A stretch of 64,000 nucleotides of DNA from NCBI GenBank assembly GCA_965214865.1, contig CBDCCN010000001.1, forward strand, positions 451,747 through 515,746, in the 5' to 3' direction. The notes under the pieces were generated by a model, which did not search any database, was not told the origin of the DNA, and worked only from the letters and a program-made list of their open reading frames with translations. Numbering within the stretch: the first letter of the stretch is position 1; every line of letters starts with the position of its first letter. Shown here piece after piece: positions 44,091-52,106 of the stretch. The translations under genes were made by a program, and so were the position numbers. The DNA comes from Vicinamibacterales bacterium. Its GTDB lineage: Bacteria > Acidobacteriota > Vicinamibacteria > Vicinamibacterales > UBA8438.

Positions 44091-45509
44091 ATGACGACGT
44101 CATCGCACACGATCGAACGGGTGTCGGGCCGCCGGATCTGGGATTCGCGCGGACGTCCGACCGTCGAAGCGGACGTGCGTCTCCACGGCGGCGTCATCGG
44201 GCGGGCCATCGCGCCGGCCGGGGCCTCGACCGGCAGCGGCGAGGCGGTCGATCTGCGCGACGGCGGCGCATCCTTCGGCGGCCATGACGTGACGGCGGCC
44301 GTGCGCAACGTCAACGCGGAGATCGCACAGGCGTTGCGCGGGCGGGACGTAACCGATCAGGCCGCCCTGGATCGGACCCTGGTCGACCTCGACGGCACCG
44401 GGAACCGCGGCCGGCTCGGCGCCAACGCGCTCGTCGCGGTCTCGATGGCGGCGCTCCACGCCGCCGCCGGCGCCGCGGGCCGGCCATTGTGGCGCCATCT
44501 CCTCGGCGACGGCCCCGCCCTGCTGCCGCTGCCCGAGGTCCAGATCTTCGGCGGCGGCGCCCACGCCGGGCGGCGGGTCGACGTCCAGGACTTCATGGTG
44601 CTGCCGGTCGGGGCTGCAACCTTCGCGGAGGCGCTCGACTGGACGGCGGAGGTGTATCGGGCCGCCGGCGCGCGGATGGCGAAAGCCGGACGGCTGCACG
44701 GGGTCGCCGACGAGGGCGGCTACTGGCCGGCGTTCGACACGAACGAGGAAGCGCTGGAGTTCCTGCTGCGGGCCATCGAGGACGCCGGACGCACGCCCGG
44801 TGACGACGTGGCCATCTCGCTCGACGTCGCCGCCTCGGAGTTCCACGCCGGCGGGTGCTATCGACTCGGTCTCGATCGCCGGGAACTGGACAGCGACGCG
44901 CTCGCCGAGCTGCTGATTGGCTGGCTCGACCGGTATCCGATCGCCTCGATCGAGGATCCGCTGGCCGAGGACGACGTGACGGGGATGCAGCGCTTCACGA
45001 CCGCGGTGGGCGACCGCGTGCAGATCGTCGGCGACGACTACCTGGTGACCAGCGCGGCGCGGGTCGAGCGGGCCGCCCGCGACGGCGCCTGCAACGCGCT
45101 CCTCGTCAAGCCCAACCAGGCCGGCACGGTGACCGAGACGCGGTCCGCGCTCGAGGCGGCGCGGGCCGCCGGTTTCGACACCATCGTCTCGGCCCGCTCG
45201 GGCGAGACGGAGGACGTGACCATCGCCCACCTGGCGGTCGGCTGGCGGGCCGGCCAGTTCAAGGTCGGATCGTTCGCCCGCTCGGAGCGGATGGCCAAGT
45301 GGAACGAGGTGCTGCGGATCGAGGAGGCGGCGGGTGACGCGGCCGCGTTCGCCGCGGCGGTCCGGCCAGCGGCGACGCAGGCCCGGTCTCTGGTCGGCCG
45401 ACCGCTTCGCCTGTCCCGCGTTCACGCTCGACTGGCCGCCGGCGGAGTGACAGAATCAGGGGGTCGGCGCCACCGCCGGCAACATGCACCCGATGCGACA
45501 AGAAAGTGA
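44091..45509 (+). CDS. eno: enolase-family protein (divergent enolase) with ~45-aa C-terminal extension
   Basis: ATG 44091. SRGRPTVEADV, PAGASTGSGEA, DVAASEF, IEDPLAEDD, KPNQAGTVTET and SGETEDVTIAHLAV. After ...WNEVLRIEEAAGDAA the ORF runs on to 45509, overlapping the next gene, so the true 3' end is uncertain. Confidence 0.8.
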   Translation: MTTSSHTIERVSGRRIWDSRGRPTVEADVRLHGGVIGRAIAPAGASTGSGEAVDLRDGGASFGGHDVTAAVRNVNAEIAQALRGRDVTDQAALDRTLVDLDGTGNRGRLGANALVAVSMAALHAAAGAAGRPLWRHLLGDGPALLPLPEVQIFGGGAHAGRRVDVQDFMVLPVGAATFAEALDWTAEVYRAAGARMAKAGRLHGVADEGGYWPAFDTNEEALEFLLRAIEDAGRTPGDDVAISLDVAASEFHAGGCYRLGLDRRELDSDALAELLIGWLDRYPIASIEDPLAEDDVTGMQRFTTAVGDRVQIVGDDYLVTSAARVERAARDGACNALLVKPNQAGTVTETRSALEAARAAGFDTIVSARSGETEDVTIAHLAVGWRAGQFKVGSFARSERMAKWNEVLRIEEAAGDAAAFAAAVRPAATQARSLVGRPLRLSRVHARLAAGGVTESGGRRHRRQHAPDATRK

Positions 45510-45519
45510 GGCGACAGCG

Positions 45520-46485
45520 ATGAGAGTTTCCAGCCTGACGGCGATTGGCCTGGCCGCAGCGATCGGACTCGGTGCGCCCGTGGCAGTGAACGCGCAGACC
45601 GACGACGCGGCGGGGGCGTTCGTACGGGTGGCCACCGGCTACAGCCTGACCCCGAACATCACGTACCATCGCGCGGGCGGACAGGATCTGACCCTCGACG
45701 TCTACCGGCCCCGCGCCGCGTCGGGACCGAGCCCGACGCTCATCTACATTCACGGCGGCGGCTGGACCAACGGCAGCCGGCAGGCCTCCGCGCTGACCTT
45801 CCTCCCCTACCTGGAGATGGGCTGGAGCGTGGTCAACGTCTCCTACCGGCTGGCCGACGCCGCGCACGCGCCGGCCGCGGTCGAGGACTGCCGCTGCGCC
45901 CTGCGCTGGGTCTACCGCAACGCCGGGCAGTTCAACTTCGACCTCGACCGGATCGTGGTGACCGGCAACTCCGCCGGCGGACACCTGTCGCTGACCACCG
46001 GCATGCTGCCGGCATCGGCCGGACTCGACCGCCAGTGCCCCGGCGACCGGCGCCGCCTCTGGACCACCGGCGCGACGTCGACCGCCCCGCTCGAGGTCGC
46101 GGCGATCGTCAACTGGTACGGCATCACCGACGTCTACGACCTGGCCCACCGAACGCCGGGAACCTCCGGGAACTTCACCGAGGCGTGGCTGGGGAGCCGC
46201 AGCGACCGCGACGCGGTGGCGAGGCGCGTCTCGCCGACCAACTACGTGAACGGCGACACCCCGCCGATCCTCACCATCCACGGCGACGCCGACTCGATCG
46301 TGCCCTACGACCACGCGACGCGCCTGCACGCGCTGCTCGACGAGTGGGGCGTGCCGAACCGGCTCGTCACGATCGAGGGCGGCGGGCACGGCGGGTTCAG
46401 CCCGGAGGAGAACCAGCGCATCTACGCGGCGATCCGGGCGTTCCTCGGCGAGCACGGGCTGGGGCCCGAACCGTCGAACGACTGA
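45520..46485 (+). CDS. exported alpha/beta hydrolase (HSL/carboxylesterase type)
   Basis: ATG 45520, with a signal peptide. HGGGW oxyanion motif, GNSAGG nucleophile elbow and a late HGDAD...GGGH. Confidence 0.85.
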   Translation: MRVSSLTAIGLAAAIGLGAPVAVNAQTDDAAGAFVRVATGYSLTPNITYHRAGGQDLTLDVYRPRAASGPSPTLIYIHGGGWTNGSRQASALTFLPYLEMGWSVVNVSYRLADAAHAPAAVEDCRCALRWVYRNAGQFNFDLDRIVVTGNSAGGHLSLTTGMLPASAGLDRQCPGDRRRLWTTGATSTAPLEVAAIVNWYGITDVYDLAHRTPGTSGNFTEAWLGSRSDRDAVARRVSPTNYVNGDTPPILTIHGDADSIVPYDHATRLHALLDEWGVPNRLVTIEGGGHGGFSPEENQRIYAAIRAFLGEHGLGPEPSND

Positions 46486-46661
46486 CGCCCGCCACGGGGT
46501 CTGGGTGCGCCAACCGCGGCGAACGAGCTGCTGCGCCGACGCGGCGGGCCGGAGGCCGTGGTGGGAACGATATGCGGGGCGGTCGGTCAGGAACGGCTCG
46601 GACTCGTGAACCAGGCCGCCGCCCCGCTACGCGCCACCAAGCCGTTCGGTCAGCAAGCGCA

Positions 46662-48386
46662 TCAGCCCAGCTCGGGATGCTGCAGGTGGTGGTCGGTCGC
46701 CGCCTGCCAGGCGTGCGCGAGGCGCAGGATCTCCGCCTCGCCGAACAGCTTCCCCGTGAAGCGCAGGCTGGTCGGCGAGCCCTCGAAGAAGCCGCTCGGC
46801 ATGCTGATCTCCGGGTGGCCGGTCAGGTTCGTCAGCCGCAAGTCGCTGCCGACGAACAGATCGAGGTCGCCGAGCGTCTCGTGCACCTGCTCGATGATCT
46901 GCATCCGCAGGCGGTTCGCCTGCAGGTAGGCGATGGCCGGGACGAACCGCGACGCCCGAAAGCTGTCGGGCCAGCGGCTCTCCTCCGGCGCCTCGCGCAT
47001 GCCGTCCAGCTCGGCGTTCACCGTCGGCACGTCGAATGCCGCCGCCGCCTCCGTGCCCAGAATGAAACCGATGGCGTCGGCCGGCACGTCCGGCAGGTCG
47101 AGCGGCGCCAGTCTCACCCCCAAGCCGCGCAGCGTGTCGAGGGCAGCCCGGTTGTTCGCCAGCGTCTGCCGCTCCCGCGCCGCGCGCCCCGGGCTCTGGG
47201 GATCGTCCTCGATGGCGGCCTCGTCGAAGCTCGAGCGGAGGTAACCCACCCGCAGGCCGGCGAGGTCGGCCTCCGCGTCCCAGTTGAACGGCACGTCGAG
47301 AACCGTGTTGTCCCGCCCGTCCGGTCCCCGGATGGCGTCGAACACGAGCGCGCAGTCTTCGGCCGACCGGCACATCGGTCCGATCTTGTCCATCGTCCAG
47401 CTCAGGGCCATCGCGCCAAACCGGCTCACCCGGCCGAACGTCGGACGCAGGCCGGTGACTCCGTTGCGGGTCGAGGGCGAGATGATGGATCCGCGCGTCT
47501 CGGTCCCGATCGCGAAACCGACGAGCCCCGCGGCGGTCGCCGCCCCCGAGCCGGCAGACGACCCGCTCGCCCCCTGTTCCGGGTTCCAGGGGTTCCGCGC
47601 CCGGCCGCCGAACCAGCGGTCTCCCGACGCCAGGGCCCCCATGGAGAGCTTGGCGGCGAGAATCGCCCCTGCCTCGGTCAACCGCGTGTACACCGTGGCG
47701 TCCGTGTCGATGGTCTGCCGCCGATAGGGGGACGCCCCCCAGGTCGTGCGGGTGCCGCGGACGGCGAGCAGGTCCTTCGCTCCCCACGGGATCCCGTGCA
47801 GCGGCCCGCGGTAGATGCCCGCCGCGATCTCCTCGTCGGCCTGCCGGGCCTGGCGCCGTGCGATGTCTTCCGTGTAGCTGACCACGCAGTGCAGGGTCGG
47901 GTCGTGCCGCCGCAGCCGGGACAGGTACAGCTCGGTCAGCTCGGACGGCTTCACCTGCCGGGTCTCGATCAGCTTCGCCAGGTGCGTGACGGGCAGGAAC
48001 GCCAGATCCTCGTCGGTGGACGGCATCGCCACCGCGATCTCCGCGCGCCGCATCGGACGGCGTTCGGCAGGCAGCGTCATCCCGGGCGGCGCCGGGTTGA
48101 ACACGATGGCCGGCTGCGCGGCGTTGCCGAGGTTGGCGGCGCGCAGCGTCCGGACGTCCGGCCGGCCGCCGGGTCGGTTGAGGCGCTCGGCTATACGCTC
48201 CAGATCCTCCGGGGGAAACGCCAGCCCGGCGATGCGCTGCGCCGCCGCGAGCATCTCCACCGTTACCTCGTCGGCGTCCTGCGCCACCGCCGCTAGCGCG
48301 CCGGGCATCAGGGCGGACGTGATCCCCGCCGCCGACAGGCCGGTGATGAAACGCCGCCGGTTCACCGCGAGCTTCTGTTCATCCAT
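46662..48386 (-). CDS. Tat-exported amidase (amidase-signature family)
   Basis: ATG 48386. Twin-arginine NRRRFITGL. AS signature GGSSAGSGAATAAG..FAIGTETRGSIISP. Confidence 0.85.
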   Translation of the reverse strand: MDEQKLAVNRRRFITGLSAAGITSALMPGALAAVAQDADEVTVEMLAAAQRIAGLAFPPEDLERIAERLNRPGGRPDVRTLRAANLGNAAQPAIVFNPAPPGMTLPAERRPMRRAEIAVAMPSTDEDLAFLPVTHLAKLIETRQVKPSELTELYLSRLRRHDPTLHCVVSYTEDIARRQARQADEEIAAGIYRGPLHGIPWGAKDLLAVRGTRTTWGASPYRRQTIDTDATVYTRLTEAGAILAAKLSMGALASGDRWFGGRARNPWNPEQGASGSSAGSGAATAAGLVGFAIGTETRGSIISPSTRNGVTGLRPTFGRVSRFGAMALSWTMDKIGPMCRSAEDCALVFDAIRGPDGRDNTVLDVPFNWDAEADLAGLRVGYLRSSFDEAAIEDDPQSPGRAARERQTLANNRAALDTLRGLGVRLAPLDLPDVPADAIGFILGTEAAAAFDVPTVNAELDGMREAPEESRWPDSFRASRFVPAIAYLQANRLRMQIIEQVHETLGDLDLFVGSDLRLTNLTGHPEISMPSGFFEGSPTSLRFTGKLFGEAEILRLAHAWQAATDHHLQHPELG

Positions 48387-48481
48387 GGTGCGGTCACCCT
48401 CGCCTGGACACGTTCCGCCTGGAACCCGAAGATAATCCCGTATAGGGTACATGACGAGCGGTCTTGTATCCGGGTGGGATC

Positions 48482-48718
48482 ATGCCAGTCATGCCAGTAC
48501 GATTCAACATCACGATGGACGAAATGCTCTACCGCCGGCTGAAGGATGCCTGCCCGCCGAAGGGCGTCAGTCGCTTCATCAGCGACGCCGTGCGCGCCCG
48601 CCTTCATCCCGATCAGGACGCGCTCGAAGCCGGTTACAAGGCGGCGGCTCGCGAAGCGTGGCGCACCGAGCTGGCGGACGCCTGGGAAGTCACCGAAGTC
48701 GAAGATTGGCCGCAATGA
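48482..48718 (+). CDS. ribbon-helix-helix antitoxin upstream of a MazF/PemK-like gene
   Basis: MPVMPVRFNITMDEMLYRRLKDACPPKGVSRFISDAVRARL fits an RHH pattern. The stop overlaps the ATG of the next gene (ATGA at 48715-48718). Confidence 0.65.
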   Translation: MPVMPVRFNITMDEMLYRRLKDACPPKGVSRFISDAVRARLHPDQDALEAGYKAAAREAWRTELADAWEVTEVEDWPQ

Positions 48719-48921
48719 AGGGATACCCGCGTCGCGGAGACGTCTACTGGGTATCGCTCGATCCGGTACGAGGCGCCGAGATGTCGAGTCGCTCTACCCG
48801 GGCGAGGCCATCGTGTCGGTGAAGGGCAAGCGGGCTCGAGTTCTCGGAGACCAGATTCGATCGCTCGATCGGCAAAGACTGCATGGCCGCAGCGGGCGGC
48901 GTCGACGCGTTAGTCGACTAA
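48715..48921 (+). pseudogene. mazF: MazF/PemK-family toxin relic (internal deletion plus frame changes)
   Basis: N-terminus MKGYPRRGDVYWVSLDPVRGAE. The usual ~30-35 aa core (..RP.VVVS..........VVP.TS) is missing. The family resumes in another frame as LYPGEAIVSVKGKRARVLGDQIRSLDRQRL. The end is unclear. Confidence 0.6.
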
Positions 48922-48979
48922 CTGTTGCGCGTCTTCGAGACGCTCTGGCTCTTCGCGCCGTGACGGCGCGCGGCCGAAT

Positions 48980-49300
48980 TCACCAGCCGTACTGCCCCTT
49001 CGACACCAGCGCGAACGATTCCCGGACGAGCGCCCGCAGGACGTTCATGTCGATGTCCTCGAGCTTTTTGATGTAGAGGCACGACTTCCCGGTCGTGCAG
49101 CGGCCGAGCTTCTTCATCAACGCATCGTGCCGCTGGAAGCCGGTCATGATGTAGACGGTCAGGCTCTGCTTGCGCGGCGACACCCCGGTCTCCATCCAGT
49201 CGCCTTCGCGCCCGGTCGGGTACTTGTAGTGGTAGCTGCCGAACCCGATGATGCTGTCACCCCACATCGCCGACGGTTCACCAGTGACGTCGGCCATCAA
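48980..49300 (-). CDS. DUF1801 (YdhG-like) domain protein; family homology continues upstream without a canonical start
   Basis: MWGDSIIGFGSYHYKYPTGREGDWMETGVSPRKQSLTVYIMTGF...TGKSCLYIKKLEDIDMNVL. Upstream in frame (to ~49400) VEAFLDRIENAKRREDCRSVVEL is also family-like, but no ATG/GTG/TTG precedes it after the in-frame stop. Confidence 0.7.
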   Translation of the reverse strand: MMADVTGEPSAMWGDSIIGFGSYHYKYPTGREGDWMETGVSPRKQSLTVYIMTGFQRHDALMKKLGRCTTGKSCLYIKKLEDIDMNVLRALVRESFALVSKGQYGW

Positions 49301-49447
49301 CTCGACGACGCTACGGCAATCCTCCCGTCGCTTGGCGTTCTCGATGCGGTCGAGGAAGGCCTCGACGAGCGCGTCCGCAACCAGCTCGTCGAACTCATCC
49401 AGCCGTGAGGCGCGAACCGCGGATGACTCCGACCATCCGCCTATCGC

Positions 49448-49984
49448 TCACAGCCCTGTCTCGCGGTCCTCGAACACCCGTTTCAACGCCTCGCGCGCCG
49501 CCCGATGAACCGGCACCCCCGGCAACACCTCGTCCTTGATCCGGATCGCCTCACCCTCGTTGCCGACTCCCAATTCCCTGCACAGCACCGCGATATCATC
49601 CCGGTCCTTGAACCTGCCCGCCACAAGCTTCATGGCCAGCAAGTGCTGCGCCGAGGCACCCGTCACGGTCAGATATTGCGACTGGTACAACGTCCCCGCC
49701 CGCTCGTCGGCCCCCTTCGGCAACACGACCGCCGCCGGCTCGTTGAACCACCCTTCCTCGAAGCCGCGGCGCCTGCCCACCGCTCGTGCCGCCTCCGTGA
49801 GCTTTTCGCGGCCGCTGTCAACACGCACGTCGAGATCCACCGTTCTCCGATTGCGGTCGAAAGCCACGCTCATAGCGGCGCCGCCGAACAGGTAGACATG
49901 CGCCCGCGCGCCTCGCATTCCCAGTTCCGCCGACAACTCCTCGAACAGCTCGAGAACCTGCTTACGGCCAAGGGGTCCAGCCAA
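49448..49984 (-). CDS. minimal nucleotidyltransferase (MNT/AbiEii/DUF6036-like)
   Basis: NTase motif VYLFGGAAMSVAFDRNRRTVDLDV, later HLLAMKLVAGRFKDRDDI. Start uncertain: TTG 49984 preceded by GGGGAGGGG, or GTG 50032. Overlaps the upstream gene's 3' end. Confidence 0.65.
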   Translation of the reverse strand: MAGPLGRKQVLELFEELSAELGMRGARAHVYLFGGAAMSVAFDRNRRTVDLDVRVDSGREKLTEAARAVGRRRGFEEGWFNEPAAVVLPKGADERAGTLYQSQYLTVTGASAQHLLAMKLVAGRFKDRDDIAVLCRELGVGNEGEAIRIKDEVLPGVPVHRAAREALKRVFEDRETGL

Positions 49985-50567
49985 ATCGCTCCCCTCCCCG
50001 CGCGTCGAGATCCCGGGGGTCCGGAATCGCACCGTGCCGCAAGAACGCGGCGGGCGCGAACATCACCGAGTACAGTCGCGCCCAGGGCGTATCAGCCAGC
50101 ACCCACGTGCTGTCCAGGAACCGCTCGCGCTCGTCCACCCATCCCGGCCGCTCGTGACCGTGTAGCCAGGCCACGTGCTCCACCATCGCCGCTACGAGCG
50201 CGTCCCACTTCGTCCCGGTCAGCGGCACCCGCGCCCCAAGCGCCTCGTGCTGCTCCTCCGCGCTCCGCGCGTGGAAACTCCGCGGGAGCTGACACACGAT
50301 CCAGCGGGCGGTATCTTCCTCCGACCACCCCTCCTCGACGCCCCGCAGAAAATCCGCCAGCAGCAGCGGCGGCAGATCCGCCCCTCCGACCCGCTCAGCC
50401 GCCGCGTGTGCCACTTTCTCGGACTCCGGCAAGTTCCCGTCCGACTTGTCCGCGGCGCGTACAGACCATCCGCCGCGCCTCCTGACCCCCATCACCGCCG
50501 CCGTCCTCGCCCGCGCCTGCTCGAACTCCCGCCGCGCAGCCCGCGCGGATCCCGGATGCCACACCAA
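49962..50567 (-). CDS. hypothetical protein, upstream partner of the minimal nucleotidyltransferase
   Basis: 201-aa ORF (TTG/GTG start) with non-shadow composition in its C-terminal 150 aa (WSEEDTARWIVCQLPRSF..., KWDALVAAMVEHVAWLHGHERPGWVDERERFLDSTW). No family recognised. Starts 39 nt after the RHH gene stop. Confidence 0.5.
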   Translation of the reverse strand: MVWHPGSARAARREFEQARARTAAVMGVRRRGGWSVRAADKSDGNLPESEKVAHAAAERVGGADLPPLLLADFLRGVEEGWSEEDTARWIVCQLPRSFHARSAEEQHEALGARVPLTGTKWDALVAAMVEHVAWLHGHERPGWVDERERFLDSTWVLADTPWARLYSVMFAPAAFLRHGAIPDPRDLDARGGERFGWTPWP

Positions 50568-50606
50568 ATTATGTCACCACCATCGGGTCTCCACTTTCTC
50601 CATTTT

Positions 50607-50807
50607 CTACATCGTGACATTCCCGCGCTTCGGCTCCGCGGGGGCGATCTCCGGCTTGCTCTCGCGGGCGAACAGCATGTTGAACGCCTCCCCGCAGATC
50701 GCATGGAGCGTCGCGCCCCGGTCGAGCGCCAGCCGCTTCAGCTCGTCCCGGACAATCGCCGGTACGTGCACCGTCAGCGACACGGTGCCGACTCGACCTG
50801 GCGGCAC
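50607..50807 (-). CDS. ribbon-helix-helix (CopG/ParG-like) small DNA-binding protein
   Basis: 66 aa with a GTG start. VSLTVHVPAIVRDELKRLALDRGATLHAICGEAFNMLFAR fits a beta-strand plus two-helix RHH pattern. Confidence 0.6.
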   Translation of the reverse strand: MPPGRVGTVSLTVHVPAIVRDELKRLALDRGATLHAICGEAFNMLFARESKPEIAPAEPKRGNVTM

Positions 50808-50944
50808 AGCCGCCGGCGAACGGCGATCTCCGAAGGTTGATCACGGCGCCCGGCACACCATCGCACGGACGCTTCCGGTGATCCCGCTGCTCGATCAGCT
50901 TCGCGTTTTCCTTCGAGGCGTTCGATGCGCACGTCCCGATGATC

Positions 50945-51021
50945 CCCCCAGCGGCGTTTCTCGGTGAGACGGCGCTCCTCTTCGGCCGTGGCCTGGCCTC
51001 GCCGAGGGCCGATGCGAATCC
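50945..51021 (-). repeat. 77-bp perfect copy of an internal AlbA_2-gene segment (copy 1, intergenic)
   Basis: cccccagcggcgtttctcggtgagacggcgctcctcttcggccgtggcctggcctcgccgagggccgatgcgaatcc is identical to 52855..52931. It encodes IRIGPRRGQATAEEERRLTEKRRWG on the minus strand. The flanks are unrelated. Confidence 0.95.
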
Positions 51022-51119
51022 GCCTCTTCAAGGAATAAGGGAGGATTGATCTGCGTGGAGACGCTGCGGGAAACGGGGAGCCCCGGTGGCCGCCGCGCGC
51101 CGGCCGGGTCCGGCTGGCC

Positions 51120-52106
51120 TCAACACCCGCTATCGAGACGCCTGAGCAACTCCCGTGCGAGGTTGCAGAAGTCCGTGTAGCAGTCACGGACCGCCTGTTG
51201 ATGCGCACCGATGGCGCCGTGGGCCGGCTTCAGCAGGAACATGGGGCGGTTCGCCTCCTGCGCCATCGGCATGAGCGAGCGGTAGTCCTTCAGGTGCGCC
51301 AGACAGTTCGCGTCCTGGCCTTCCGGCACGGATGGCGGACCGCTTTCCGTTACGGCTTTCGCGTATTCCGACGGGATCCTGTCGATCCACCGGCCGTAGG
51401 CCTGGACGGGTCTGGACAGTCGGGTGGAGTGCCGCATGATGACGTAGCCGAGCGGCTTCATGTTGCCCGCCGGCAATCGAATGTCCAACTCCGCCGGCTT
51501 CCTTGCGGCGCGCTCCCGCCAGGCGTTCCGCCAATCCCTGAGAATCGGCCCCACGTTTCTCAATCCCTGCAAGGAAAACAGGTCGGGAGCCAGGGGAATG
51601 ACGACACGGTCGCCGGCGACCAGGGCGGCGCGGTTGATCGCGCCGAGATTCGGACCGACGTCCAGCAGCGCCAGGTCCGCTCCGAACTGCTCTCCGGCCC
51701 GTGAGATCAACCGCGCGAACGCCGTCGTGACGCGGAACGCCCGCTTGTCCCCGTCCAGACACTTCGGCCATTGCGTGGAGAGCTCGTCTTCCCTTCTGGA
51801 GAGCCCGAGATCGCCCATCAGCAACCCGATCTTCTCGCCGATTTCCTCGACGTGCGGAGACTCGACGATATCCCCGGTGCCCTCGAACAGCGGGGCGACG
51901 CCCTCGTCAATCGTGCCCTGGTTCCCATTTCTCCACAGACGTTCCAACTCTGTCTCGTCAAGAAACATCCCCGTCAGGTTGGCCTGGGGATCCAGGTCCG
52001 CGGCGATGACGCGCCGGCCGCGCTCCCCGAGCATCCAGGCCAGGTGATAGACGAGCGACGTCTTGCCCACGCCCCCCTTGTTGTTGAAGAAGGCGACGGT
52101 CGTCAT
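51120..52106 (-). CDS. ParA/Soj-like deviant Walker-A ATPase (long, 328 aa)
   Basis: MTTVAFFNNKGGVGKTSLVYHLA, DLDPQANLT and LLDVGPNLG. The ATG overlaps the stop of the upstream AlbA_2 gene (ATGA 52103-52106). Confidence 0.85.
   Translation of the reverse strand: MTTVAFFNNKGGVGKTSLVYHLAWMLGERGRRVIAADLDPQANLTGMFLDETELERLWRNGNQGTIDEGVAPLFEGTGDIVESPHVEEIGEKIGLLMGDLGLSRREDELSTQWPKCLDGDKRAFRVTTAFARLISRAGEQFGADLALLDVGPNLGAINRAALVAGDRVVIPLAPDLFSLQGLRNVGPILRDWRNAWRERAARKPAELDIRLPAGNMKPLGYVIMRHSTRLSRPVQAYGRWIDRIPSEYAKAVTESGPPSVPEGQDANCLAHLKDYRSLMPMAQEANRPMFLLKPAHGAIGAHQQAVRDCYTDFCNLARELLRRLDSGC

Noticed and set aside
45340-45509. The enolase C-terminal tail considered as evidence of another frameshift.
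   Set aside because: No alternative frame gives a more enolase-like ending that I can recognise. It stays flagged as uncertain and is not called a pseudogene.
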